Below, piece after piece: positions 13,801-22,779 of a stretch of 64,000 nucleotides of DNA. The first letter of the stretch is position 1. Each line of letters opens with the position of its first letter. The notes below the pieces were generated by a model. That model made no database searches, was not told the DNA's origin, and worked only from the letters and a program-made list of their open reading frames with translations. A program made the position numbers and the translations under genes. The DNA comes from Planctomycetota bacterium. GTDB lineage: Bacteria > Planctomycetota > UBA1135 > UBA2386. The stretch covers positions 3,744,001-3,808,000 of the forward strand of contig OZ245838.1 in NCBI GenBank assembly GCA_965228735.1, in the 5' to 3' direction.

Positions 13801-16800
13801 CTTCCAGACCAAGTTCGCGGGCAACATGCTCGAACGCCCGAGCCTGCTGCTCAACCCGTGGGCCCTCGAGAAGGACTCGTGGAACTCGGCGATCGGCCTC
13901 GGCGGCGGCGCGGGCGGCAAGTTCGGTGGCCGCGGCGGTCGCAAGCGCTCGTCGCTCGACCGCGTCGAGGGCGAAGCCGCCTCCGGCAGTGCCCCCGGCT
14001 CCGGCACGTTCGCCAACCTCGACTTCCTGCCGCAGGGCAGCAAGGCGCACTACAACCTCACGCCCGACGAGAACGGCGTCGTCCGCGTCAAGCTCGCGGA
14101 CCTCGGCGACGGTCACGTCGTGCACGTGATCGCGCTCGACGGCGACGAGGCGCTCTACGACTCCCTCGTGCTGCAAGAACGCGAGCTCGAGCCGCGCTCC
14201 CGCGCGCTCGCCGAGGCGCTGCCGCCCGAACGCCAGTTCGTCGAGCGGAAGCGGATCGAGTTCGTCGCCGCCGGCGGCGAGGCCGTCGTGGGCGATGCGC
14301 ACTCGGCCGACGTCGAGATCTTCGACTCGCTGACGAGCGTCTACGGGCTGCTCACGACGCTGAGCAACGACGCGCATCTGCAGAAGTTCGCGTTCGTGCT
14401 GCGCTGGCCGCAGCTCGACGACGCCAGTAAGCGGAAGCTGTACAGCGACCACGCGTGTCACGAGCTGCACTTCTTCCTCTATCAGAAGGATCGCGCGTTC
14501 TTCGACGCGGTCGTGAAGCCGTTCTTGCAGCAGAAGCTGCGCCGCACGTTCCTCGACGAGTGGCTGCTCGGCAGCGACCTGCGCGGTTTCCTCGAGCCGT
14601 GGCACTTCGCGCGCCTCAACCTCATCGAGCAGATCCTGCTCGCCCAGCGCCTCGACGGCGCCGAGCGCGAGGCGGTCGGCCGGCTCGTGCGCGAACGTTT
14701 CGAGCTGCAGCCCGTCGACCGCGGCCGGATCGAGGCGCTGTTCGCGACCGCTCTCGCGGCCAACGAGCTGCAGGAACAGCGCAAGGACCTCGGTGTGTTC
14801 TACAAAGGCCCGGGCGACAGTGTGCCCGAGCCGTCCCCCGAGGCCAGCGCCAAGCCGACGGGCGGGCTCCCGGGCCGCTCTGGCCCGGCGACCGCCGGGC
14901 CGCCGCCGGCCGCCAAGCAGGTCTCCCGCCGCAGCCGTGATCGCGGCCTCGCCGACGAGGACGCCACAGCCGACGAGAAGGCCGGTGCCGCCACCGGCAG
15001 CGACGACTTCTTCCTCGGCGCCGCGCGCGAGATGAACAAGTCGGCCGACAAGGAGCTGCAGCGCGGCGCCGCGCTGCGGGAGCAGCAGCGCCGGCTCTAC
15101 CGCGCCGTCGATCCGACCAAGCTGCTCGTCGAGAGCAACTACTGGCGACGCACGATCGCCGAGACGACGCCCGACGTCGTGCGCCCGAACGGCTTCTGGG
15201 TCGACTACGCCACGGCGCCGTCGGGCCGGCCGTTCGTGTCCCCGGCGTTCCTCGAAACCGGCGGCAGCTTCCTCGAGATGATGTTCGCCCTCAGCGTGCT
15301 GGACCTGCCGTTCGAGGCTGGCGAGCACGAGGTCGCGGTCGACGGCAGCCGCCGCACGCTGCGCGCGGCCACGCCGTTGCTGCTCGTTCGCAAGGAGGTC
15401 ACGCAGGCGACCGCCGCCGAGGACGAGGCCCCGCTGCTGCTCGGCCAGAATCTGTTCCGCCTCGACGAGCGCTACCAGCACACGAACGGCGAGCAGCGCC
15501 AGAAGTTCGTCACCGACGAGTTCCTCACGTCCGTCGGCTACGGCGCGCAGGTCGTCGTCAGCAACCCGACCGGTCAGCGCCGCACGATCGACCTGCTGCT
15601 GCAGATCCCGGCCGGCGCGCTGCCGCTCCAGAGCGGGTTCTGGACGCGCAGCCGCCCCGTCGACCTCGCGCCCTACGAGACCAAGGCGATCGAGTACGCG
15701 TTCTACTTCCCCGCTGCCGGTGACTTCGCCCACTACCCGGCGCACGCCGCGGTGCAGGGCCGCCTCGTCGCGGCCGCCGAGCCGCGCACGCTCGCGGTCG
15801 TCGAGACGCCGTCGACCATCGACACGCGTTCGTGGGAACACGTCTCGCAGCAGGGCTCGGCGAACGAGGTCGTGGCGTTCTTGCGGAACAACAACGTCCA
15901 GCGCCTCGACCTGTCCCGCATCGCGTGGCGCATGCAGGACCGCGCCGTCTTCGGCGCCGTTACCGACCTGCTCCGCGCCCGCCACGTCTACGACGCGGTG
16001 ATCTGGAGCTACGGCGTCCTACACCGCCACCCCGAGACGACGCGCGAGTTCCTCGCCCACCGCGAGGACCTGCTGCGCCGCTGCGGCAGCGCGTTGAACT
16101 CGCCGCTCGTCGTGATCGATCCGGTCGAACGCGGCTGGTTGCAGCACCTCGAACTGTCGCCGCTCGTGCACGCCCGCGCGCATCAGCTCGGCAGCAGCCG
16201 CAGCATCGGCAACGCCGACCTCGCGCGCCAGTACGCGACGCTGCTCGACGTGCTCGGCTACCGCCAGCCGCTGCGCAGCGAGGACTGGCTGACCGTCACG
16301 TACTACATGCTGCTGCAGGACCGCATCGAGGACGCGCTCATGGCGCACCAGAAGGTCGTGCCCGCGCAGCTGTCGACGCAGATCCAGTACGACTACCTCA
16401 CCGCGTACCTGAGCTTCTTCACCGCGGAGACCGAACGGGCCCGCGGCCTCGCGGAGAACTACCGCGACCACCCGGTCGAGCACTGGCGCGATCGCTTCCG
16501 CGAGGTGCTCGCGCATCTCGACGAGGCCGAGGGCCGGACCGATCCGGAGCAGGACCCGACGACCGGCGACGCGTTGGCCGCGACCGCGCCCGCGATCGAG
16601 CTCGCGCTCGAGGGCCGGACCGCCCGCATCGCGCACAAGAACGTGACGAGCTGCGAGGTGCGCTACTACGAGCTCGACGTCGAGTTCGCGTTCTCGTCGC
16701 AGCCCTTCGCGGCGACCGACGGCACGACCGCGGCCTACGTGCAGCCCAACCTGCGCGAAGAGCGCGACCTGCCCGCAGACCGCGACGCGATCGAGTTCGC

Positions 16801-17161
16801 GCTGCCCGAGCAGTTCAGCAACAAGAACGTGCTCATCGAGGTTCGCGCCGCCGGCCTCGTCCGGTCGCGCACCTACTTCAGCAACGCGCTCGACGTGCGC
16901 TTCCTCGAGTCGTTCGGCCAGGTCGCAGTTAGCGACCCCGAGGCCGGCCGACCGCTGCCGAAGACCTACGTCAAGGTGTTCGCGCGGCTGCCGGGCGGCC
17001 AGGTGCGCTTCCACAAGGACGGCTACACCGACCTGCGCGGCCGCTTCGACTACGCGTCGCTGTCGGACGATCCGAACGCGGGCGCCAACCGCTACGCCGT
17101 GCTCGTGCTCAGCGACGAACGCGGCGCCGTGATTCGCGACGTCGCGCCGCCGATGCAGTGA
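10832..17161 (+). CDS. Very large secreted hypothetical protein (~2,109 aa)
   Basis: ATG at 10832 gives a signal peptide (MIHRCHRLLAALFAGFAFLTATPAQG). Strong codon bias runs throughout, and the C-terminus is FHKDGYTDLRGRFDYASLS. Confidence 0.85.
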   Translation: MIHRCHRLLAALFAGFAFLTATPAQGTEIGFTETWALAEDRAKVLEQLIPGTEEFYYYGCREQLARSDFAGTRQLLAQWIKRHGRTARVMEIENREALLSYRENPERTFRHLRSRLGLRFDHQRTVPGEKSDLPTSLDPELLSPARLTKRAFDRHRGTVDGFEDRALAALLGTDLTNNQLRNLLQRLRRPDVPNLPALIVRDLGHKGSGGFGSLGIHGELRLAQLEECVRLRPAVLNDPEFVATYLRRLQPRTDLAWQRDPAMRQAQLERLWRFAQRLAPAHNSLRAHVLYHWLAHDLTQGAVDRDRFMAFIQLPRRDNWVAREYRERQRTQHNELVDYGRDYACGLPPVRSEQQLIRSCLEHFFRTEDSYAPYAEYLDENWLKIVLGETKLLLGQGDLETWYSMIDDPRRLEALEQRVELAFPATQKTRFGAGDPVSIELDVKNVKALLVKVFVIDSYRYHTERQREIDASIELDGLVANHERTYDYSDPALRRVRRSFDLPMLREPGTYVVEFVGNGISSRAVIHKGGLRHVERTIAAGHAFRIYDDRGQLQKDAILWFGGQEYAADDAGDILVPFSSKGGTKRAVMRVGNRSELITFEHWDEEFSLQNWAFVERESLIAGASARLVVRPRLVLNGMRIDLALLEQPELTIVAVDIDGTQRTEEIRAPKLTNEREFVHELRVPDRLQNLTVTLRGRVKDLAGKERELSATAPPFPVNGIDGTAMTLAAVLVPHPNGYAIEVRGKNGEPIQDRACQVQLRHRDYRAPILASLQTDQSGRIELGTLPGITELSAEPAGAQRAHFTLDADHVNLPAALQGRAGTTLRLPYFGTAMTPRRAEFSLLANDADAFSHLAIQDGFLELRDLPAGDYTLHLHERGHEIPVRVTAGSQDAGWVIGQSRVLSASAAQPLHMRGLAVDGADLRIGLTNFGESTRVHVVATRYQPTFDPFARLRAHRHDHAAQQSVDPLLSSYHAGRRLGDEYRYVLERRFQTKFAGNMLERPSLLLNPWALEKDSWNSAIGLGGGAGGKFGGRGGRKRSSLDRVEGEAASGSAPGSGTFANLDFLPQGSKAHYNLTPDENGVVRVKLADLGDGHVVHVIALDGDEALYDSLVLQERELEPRSRALAEALPPERQFVERKRIEFVAAGGEAVVGDAHSADVEIFDSLTSVYGLLTTLSNDAHLQKFAFVLRWPQLDDASKRKLYSDHACHELHFFLYQKDRAFFDAVVKPFLQQKLRRTFLDEWLLGSDLRGFLEPWHFARLNLIEQILLAQRLDGAEREAVGRLVRERFELQPVDRGRIEALFATALAANELQEQRKDLGVFYKGPGDSVPEPSPEASAKPTGGLPGRSGPATAGPPPAAKQVSRRSRDRGLADEDATADEKAGAATGSDDFFLGAAREMNKSADKELQRGAALREQQRRLYRAVDPTKLLVESNYWRRTIAETTPDVVRPNGFWVDYATAPSGRPFVSPAFLETGGSFLEMMFALSVLDLPFEAGEHEVAVDGSRRTLRAATPLLLVRKEVTQATAAEDEAPLLLGQNLFRLDERYQHTNGEQRQKFVTDEFLTSVGYGAQVVVSNPTGQRRTIDLLLQIPAGALPLQSGFWTRSRPVDLAPYETKAIEYAFYFPAAGDFAHYPAHAAVQGRLVAAAEPRTLAVVETPSTIDTRSWEHVSQQGSANEVVAFLRNNNVQRLDLSRIAWRMQDRAVFGAVTDLLRARHVYDAVIWSYGVLHRHPETTREFLAHREDLLRRCGSALNSPLVVIDPVERGWLQHLELSPLVHARAHQLGSSRSIGNADLARQYATLLDVLGYRQPLRSEDWLTVTYYMLLQDRIEDALMAHQKVVPAQLSTQIQYDYLTAYLSFFTAETERARGLAENYRDHPVEHWRDRFREVLAHLDEAEGRTDPEQDPTTGDALAATAPAIELALEGRTARIAHKNVTSCEVRYYELDVEFAFSSQPFAATDGTTAAYVQPNLREERDLPADRDAIEFALPEQFSNKNVLIEVRAAGLVRSRTYFSNALDVRFLESFGQVAVSDPEAGRPLPKTYVKVFARLPGGQVRFHKDGYTDLRGRFDYASLSDDPNAGANRYAVLVLSDERGAVIRDVAPPMQ

Positions 17162-17311
17162 GGCCGCGGCTGCGGGCGGCGCCGGTTTCGACGCGGACGC
17201 CGCTCGCACGGCCACGCAGTCCCGAATCGGGACCTGTTGGCTGCATCGGGGCGGGTCCATGGACGCGAACGGGAGATGGGGCAGGGTGCCCCACGAAGGA
17301 ACGCGTCCGAC

Positions 17312-17791
17312 ATGCCAATCGACTACTCCACGACCGGTCCGCTCATCCTCGTCCGCAACCGGGCGGGAATCACGGTCCCGTTCTCGACCGGCGCTCTCGC
17401 GACCAGCATCCTGGTCACGGGGGTGCCGACACCGCTCGCGTACGAGATCGCCGACCGGGTCACCCGGCAGCTGCGCGGCAACGCCGTCGAGAACGTCGAC
17501 AGCGACGAGCTGCTCGACCGCACGACGGCCGAGCTCGAGTCGTTGGCCGGCACGCCGGCGGCCGAACGCTTCCGGGCCTGGCAATCGGCGCGGCGCAGCG
17601 GCCGACCGCTCGTGCTCTGTCTCACGGGCGCGCCGGGCGTCGGCAAGTCCACGATCGCGAATCGCCTGGCGATGCGGATGGGCGTCCAGCGCGTGGTGCC
17701 GACTCCGCCACGGAGTCGCGACTCGCTGCGCTGTCGCCGGCTCGCGCGGTTGCAACCCGAACCCGGAGCCCGTGGCACGCGGCCCGCATGA
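17312..17791 (+). pseudogene. Truncated ATP-cone + P-loop kinase (2-phosphoglycerate-kinase-like)
   Basis: ATP-cone-like VPFSTGALATSILVTG...AYEIADRV, then PLVLCLTGAPGVGKSTIANRLAMRMG (Walker A). Similarity fades after RVVPT and the frame stops about 30 codons later. Confidence 0.6.
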
Positions 17792-18050
17792 GCCTGTTCT
17801 TGAGCTGGGCCTGCTTCGGATTCCTGTCGCGGGCCGTGCACTGCAATTCGGGGATACCGGAGCTCTGGGTCCTGCTGCCGTGCGACTGATCGTCTCAGCC
17901 CCCACGTGAGCTCCAGACTCCGGCACGACCGTATCTGCCGAGGCCCTCGGGCCACTGGAATCGCCGATTGTGCGGATTTATCCACAACCGGCGGCATCCG
18001 GGAGCACAACCGCCTGCGAAGCGTATGGAGAACCCCACAGGAGGTCAGTC

Positions 18051-18992
18051 ATGCACCTCGAGAGCGGAATCGGAGCGATGCGAAGGACCAAGGCGGAACG
18101 AAGCACCCTGATGCAGCCGAACCTATTGGCGACCGTGCTCGATGAGCTGGGAGACGGCGTCATCGTGCGCCGCGTCGACGACGGTAGCGTCGTCTTCGCG
18201 TCGGACCGCGCCGCGCAGCTGCTCGGAGTCTCGAAGCGCGATCTGGCAACCGCCCCCGAACGCTGGACGAGCAAGGTCCGCGCTGCCGACCGCGCCGCGG
18301 TTCGATCCGCGTTCCTCCTCGAGCGCACGCCGCGCGACGGCCTCCAGCTGCGCACGGCGAGCACCGACGGCAAGGCTCGTTCGCTCGAGCATCGGGCTCG
18401 ACGACTCGAGTGCGACGGCATCGAACTCCGGATGGATGTCTTCCGCGACGTCACGGCCGCGACCGAAGCCACCGCCCGCCTGGTCGAGGCCAACCGCCGG
18501 CTCGAGGAGCTGGCGATGCGCGACCCGCTGACCGGCGCGTGGAACCGCCGCGGACTCGAGCATCTCGCCACGATCGAAGCGCAGCGCGCGCGTCGCTGCG
18601 GCCAGCCCGTGAGCGCGATCTTCGTCGATCTCGACGACTTCAAGGCCGTGAACCAACGCTTCGGTCATGCCAACGGTGACCGCGTGTTGTGCGATACGGT
18701 CAAGTCGATCGAGCAGGTGTTGCGCCCGACGGACCTCGTCGGCCGCATCGGTGGCGACGAGTTCCTCGTCCTCCTCCCCGGCGCCGGCGTCGGCGAAGCG
18801 AGTCGGATCGCCGAGCGCGTGCGCCGCACGATCGAGCGCGGACTGCGCCCGTTCGACACCACGGCGAGCTTCGGGGTCGCGCGCATCCACGAGGCCGAGA
18901 CGACGGTGAACGGCATGCTCAACCAGACGCAGGCGCTGTTGCGACGCAGCAAGCGCGCGGGCAAGAACCGCGTCGTCACCGCGGCCGCCTGA
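18051..18992 (+). CDS. PAS-like sensor diguanylate cyclase (GGDEF)
   Basis: RBS caggaggt precedes ATG 18051. DPLTGAWNRR, DLDDFKAVNQRFGHANGD, intact RIGGDEF and KRAGKNRV are present, with a PAS-like N-terminus ending RDVT. Confidence 0.92.
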   Translation: MHLESGIGAMRRTKAERSTLMQPNLLATVLDELGDGVIVRRVDDGSVVFASDRAAQLLGVSKRDLATAPERWTSKVRAADRAAVRSAFLLERTPRDGLQLRTASTDGKARSLEHRARRLECDGIELRMDVFRDVTAATEATARLVEANRRLEELAMRDPLTGAWNRRGLEHLATIEAQRARRCGQPVSAIFVDLDDFKAVNQRFGHANGDRVLCDTVKSIEQVLRPTDLVGRIGGDEFLVLLPGAGVGEASRIAERVRRTIERGLRPFDTTASFGVARIHEAETTVNGMLNQTQALLRRSKRAGKNRVVTAAA

Positions 18993-19039
18993 GGGGCCCA
19001 AAACCGAGAACGCGGCCATCGAGGGCCGCGTTCAGGAGT

Positions 19040-19061
19040 GCCACCGCGATCGCGCGGTGGC
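19040..19061. terminator. GC-rich hairpin between convergent genes (possible bidirectional terminator)
   Basis: gccaccgcg-atcg-cgcggtggc forms a 9-bp perfect stem. There is no clear U-tract. Confidence 0.4.
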
Positions 19062-19076
19062 GAATCGAAGTCGAGC

Positions 19077-19772
19077 TCAGCTGCCGGAGCCATCCGGCGG
19101 CGGACCACTGCCCGCGCCGTTACTCGGCGGACCCTTACCCTTCTTCTTGCTGATGCGAGGCCGACCGGCCTTCGTGCCGCAGCCCTCTCATTCACCCGGC
19201 AGGGGCAAGCCCTGCAGATCCTCGATCTCGAGGCGGGCGAGACGGATGGCCGCCTCGAGGTCCTGCTGCCGCTTCGACTTGCTGTCGGCGCTCGACGCGG
19301 TCTCCGCGAGCAGGCGGAAGTTCTGGCGCGCGGCCTCGATCTCCGGCTCCCACTCCTCGCGGGTCACGCCTTCGAGCCGCATGAGCCACGTGCGGTAGAA
19401 CTGCGCGCGGGCGAGCGACTGGCGCGCCTCGCTGAGCAGCTGCGGGTCGGCGTTCTCGTCGGCCGCGAGCGACTCGACGAGGCCGAGCAGTTCTTCGCGG
19501 GCCTCGTTGAGGCCGGCCGCCTGCATGCGAGCCTTGTTGAGCTCGAGCCGGATGCGCATCGACAGCGCGTCCTGATCCTCGGGCAGCTTGGAGAGCGCGT
19601 CCTCGTAGTCCTTGATCGCGGACCGCCACTCACCCGCGGCCGCGGCGTCGTGGGCACTCGAGAACAGCGCGTCGCATTCCTCGAGGGCGAGCCGATCCTG
19701 GCCCGGGCCCTCGTGGTAGGCCCACGCGCCGATCGGCAGCGCGAGCCAGGTCACAAGTAAGATGCTTCGCAT
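19077..19772 (-). CDS. Membrane-anchored TPR-like helical protein; candidate selenoprotein (231 aa, Sec at codon 195, UxxC motif). Conventional calling stops at 19188
   Basis: The frame reads ...LQGLPLPGE-TGA(19190-19188)-EGCGTKAGRPRISKKKGKGPPSNGAGSGPPPDGSGS-TGA(19079-19077). A SECIS-like hairpin follows the first UGA directly. Confidence 0.7.
19149..19183 (-). promoter_or_regulatory. Putative bacterial SECIS element
   Basis: The mRNA reads UGA gagg GCUG cggca CG a AGGCC [GGUC] GGCCU CG cau CAGC. The apical loop GGUC (19166-19163) starts 21 nt after the UGA. Confidence 0.65.
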
Positions 19773-19898
19773 GACGATTTCCTCCGGAGGGGGATCGGTC
19801 GAACGGGGAGTCTATCGGATCGGACGGGGCAGCCGGGCAAGTCCGCCCCGATTCTTGGGACTTGGTCCCGTGGCGCCCAGGGATTACACCCGCGATAC

Positions 19899-20498
19899 AT
19901 GGCCCCCGAACGTCGCTGTTCCCCGTCCCGCCGGCGCTTGCCGCGCGTTCCCGGCCTGGGGATCGTGCTCGCCACGGCGCTCGCGCTGACCTCGTGCCAG
20001 GCCGGGTTCGTGGCCCAGGCCGACGATTTCGACCCGACCGCGCTGCAGACGTACGCGTGGCGCCAGCCGCCGTCGCTCGCGGCCGAGCAGTCGACACCCG
20101 CGGACGAAGCCGTGCTGAAGCGGCTCGAGCTCGCGGTCAACTCCGAGCTCTCGCGCATGGGACTCGACCGCGCCGACGCCGCGACCGCGGACGTGCTCGT
20201 CGACGCCCGGCTGTCCGTCGTCGAACGGCTGCAGAAGAACGACCCGGTCTTCTCGCTCTGGGTCGCCGAGAAGTGGGAAGAGGGCTTCGTCGCCGTCGAG
20301 TTCCTCGAACAGGCGACGATGCGCTCGCTCTGGTTCGGCGAGATCAGCCACCGCCTGCGCTATACGGCGCACGCGATCGGCACGCACGCGCCGACGTTCT
20401 CGCCGACGGACGAAGAGCGGCTGTGGCAGATCGAATCGATCGTCGGGCGCATCCTCGAGCCGCTGCGGGCGGCCCGGGCCCAGACCCCGACGCGTTGA
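19899..20498 (+). CDS. DUF4136-like lipoprotein
   Basis: Lipobox LALTSC, then DFDPTALQTYAW, AVNSELSRMGL..ADVLVD and EEGFVAVEF...SLWFG. The exact start is uncertain. Confidence 0.65.
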   Translation: MAPERRCSPSRRRLPRVPGLGIVLATALALTSCQAGFVAQADDFDPTALQTYAWRQPPSLAAEQSTPADEAVLKRLELAVNSELSRMGLDRADAATADVLVDARLSVVERLQKNDPVFSLWVAEKWEEGFVAVEFLEQATMRSLWFGEISHRLRYTAHAIGTHAPTFSPTDEERLWQIESIVGRILEPLRAARAQTPTR

Positions 20499-20620
20499 TC
20501 ACCACGTGAATCGCGCGACCGCCGGCTCCGGCCACGGAGCGTCGTTACCGGCGGTGCCGAGCTGGCTATGATCCGGATGGTCCCGTCCCTCCGCTCCGTC
20601 CGCATCGCCGAGATTGCCGG

Positions 20621-22612
20621 ATGCGCCTTTTCGTACTTTCGAGCCTCGCGCTCGCTTCTCTAGCCCCCGCCCAGTCCGACCTCGCTTCCGCGACGGTCGG
20701 CGGTAGCCCGATCTGCTTCGACGAAGCCCGGCAACGCCTGACCGCGTTCACCGAGCAGGCCATCTGGGAGTGGGATGCCGGCCGCGAGGTCTGGGGCCGG
20801 CTCGGCGTCGCCCCGGTCGGCCGCGTCGACGCCGCGGTGTATGCGCCGTGGGAACGCAAGGTGGTCCTCGTTGCCGGCGGCCAGCTGCGCGCGTTCGACG
20901 GGCACTCGTTCGAGACCCTCGCGCCAATGCCGGCTACGACGACCAACGGCGTGCCGCGACTGGTCGCCGACACCGGCAGCGCCGAGATCGTCGCGCTCGT
21001 CCCGCAGACGTCGCCGATCGCATTCGCGATCTACCGCTTCGACGGCACCACGTGGCAGCAGGGCACCGCGCTGCCCCCGCAACGAATCCTGCTGGGCGAA
21101 GCGTACGACCCGATTCGCGATGTGCTCGTCGTCGACGCGCTGCAGATCGCGCCGACCGCGTTCGAGACCTGGGAATGGGACGGCACGGCCTGGGCGCTGC
21201 GTTCGGGAACCGGCACGTTCCACGGCCGACTCGCGTTCGACCCCGGTCGCCAACAGGTGATCGGGTGTCGCAGCTCCATCACGTGGGGCTGGGACGGGTC
21301 GACCTGGACGGCACTCAACGTTCTGGGCGGCCCGGGGGCGACCATCAGCATGACGGCCGACGCTGGAGCGGGCCGCGTATTTGCGAGCGGCACGCTCGGC
21401 ACGAGTGCGACGGTGACCTGGCTGCTCGACGGCTCCGGCTGGCGGGGCCTCCAGGTCAATCACGCCAGGGTGAGCGGAGCGCGACAGCTGACGTTCGACG
21501 AACGACGGGCCCGGACCGTGGTCTACAACGGTACGGCCCTGGCCGAGTTCGACGGCGAGCTCTGGGAATCGGTGACGAGCGGCCTGCCGCCCCAACGCGA
21601 GTTCTTCGGCCAGACGTTCGACCCCGCTCGAGGCGAAACGGTCGTGTTCGGCGGGCGCGACCAGGCCCAGAACCTGCTCGGTGAGACGTGGACCTGGGAC
21701 GGCCAGGTTTGGGACCTCGCCACGACAGCAGGTCCGGGCCCGCGAGTCGACGCGCTGATGGCGTTCGACGTCGCGCGCCAACGGGTCATGCTCGTCGGCG
21801 GCCACGACGGCATCATCCCCCGGACCAACTTCCAGGACCACTGGGAGTGGAACGGCGTGAGTTGGATGCTCGTTCAGGCGAACACACCGTTCACAGCATC
21901 GAGCGCCGCGTTCGGCTACGACCGCGCACGATCGCGCGCGGTCCACGTCGACGGGATCGGCGACACGCGGGAGTTCGACGGTGTGCAGTGGACGCTGCGG
22001 AACGCGAGCGGGCTGGTTCCGGGCCGGCGCCGCCTGGTCTGGAACGGGATCTCGCAACGGGTGCACGGCACGCTGCGCGACGCGACCGCCGCCTTCCGGG
22101 AGTACGACTGGGACGGGACAATGTGGAACGTCGTTGGTGCGACCCGCGGCGACCTCGTCTACGACAGCACCCGCGGCGCTCTCCTCGAGTACGACGAATC
22201 CGCGCTGCGGATGCAGGGTCCGATCCTCGCGGCGAGCACCGACTACGGCAACGCGTGCGGCGGCCAGACGATCGCGACGAGCCTCACCGCGTTCGGCCGC
22301 CCGTTCCCGGGCACCGATCAACTGACGCTCGACCTGCGCGCCGACGCCACGCAACGCCCGGCGCTCATCGGGTTCGCGACGAACCCCGGCAACATCCCGC
22401 TCGGCAACGGCTGCACGCTGCTGCTGCAGAACCCGACGGCGTCCGCGATCTGGTTCACGGACCAGAGCGGCGTGCTGCAGCTGCGGTATCCGATTCCGGC
22501 CGACCCAGCGCTGCAGGGTTTCGTCGTGGACGCGCAGGGCGTCGTGCTCGATCCGAACTCGCCGGCCGGCATCGCGCTGACGCAGGGCCTCGAGCTGACG
22601 ATCGGCAGCTGA
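20621..22612 (+). CDS. Secreted Kelch-like beta-propeller protein (W.WDG..W repeats) with a Cys-containing C-terminal domain
   Basis: Signal peptide ending APAQ. Repeats include TWEWDGTAW, TWGWDGSTW, TWTWDGQVW, HWEWNGVSW and VVFGGRD. Confidence 0.8.
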   Translation: MRLFVLSSLALASLAPAQSDLASATVGGSPICFDEARQRLTAFTEQAIWEWDAGREVWGRLGVAPVGRVDAAVYAPWERKVVLVAGGQLRAFDGHSFETLAPMPATTTNGVPRLVADTGSAEIVALVPQTSPIAFAIYRFDGTTWQQGTALPPQRILLGEAYDPIRDVLVVDALQIAPTAFETWEWDGTAWALRSGTGTFHGRLAFDPGRQQVIGCRSSITWGWDGSTWTALNVLGGPGATISMTADAGAGRVFASGTLGTSATVTWLLDGSGWRGLQVNHARVSGARQLTFDERRARTVVYNGTALAEFDGELWESVTSGLPPQREFFGQTFDPARGETVVFGGRDQAQNLLGETWTWDGQVWDLATTAGPGPRVDALMAFDVARQRVMLVGGHDGIIPRTNFQDHWEWNGVSWMLVQANTPFTASSAAFGYDRARSRAVHVDGIGDTREFDGVQWTLRNASGLVPGRRRLVWNGISQRVHGTLRDATAAFREYDWDGTMWNVVGATRGDLVYDSTRGALLEYDESALRMQGPILAASTDYGNACGGQTIATSLTAFGRPFPGTDQLTLDLRADATQRPALIGFATNPGNIPLGNGCTLLLQNPTASAIWFTDQSGVLQLRYPIPADPALQGFVVDAQGVVLDPNSPAGIALTQGLELTIGS

Positions 22613-22619
22613 ATCCCGG

Positions 22620-22642
22620 CGTACGGTACCTGGTTCGTTCTG
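22620..22642. repeat. REP-like family A copy
   Basis: cgtacggtacctggttcgttctg begins 8 nt after a stop codon and is the exact reverse complement of 4999-5021. Confidence 0.7.
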
Positions 22643-22779
22643 CCAGCCTGATCCGCCTCGGTCGGAGAGTCCGGCAGGATCTACGCGGTATCGTCCGGGT
22701 CCCTCGGTGGCCGGAGTTACTTGCGCGCGACTTCTACGCTCGAGTAGTGGCCATTACCTAAGTTTGCGTAGGGACCGTT

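Noticed and set aside
11255..15985. 1,576-aa minus-strand ORF, and similar long antisense ORFs such as 29729-32986(+), 785-2569(-) and 38787-40160(-)
   Set aside because: They mirror well-supported genes on the opposite strand, have low-information R/A/V/L/E-rich translations and contain no motifs.
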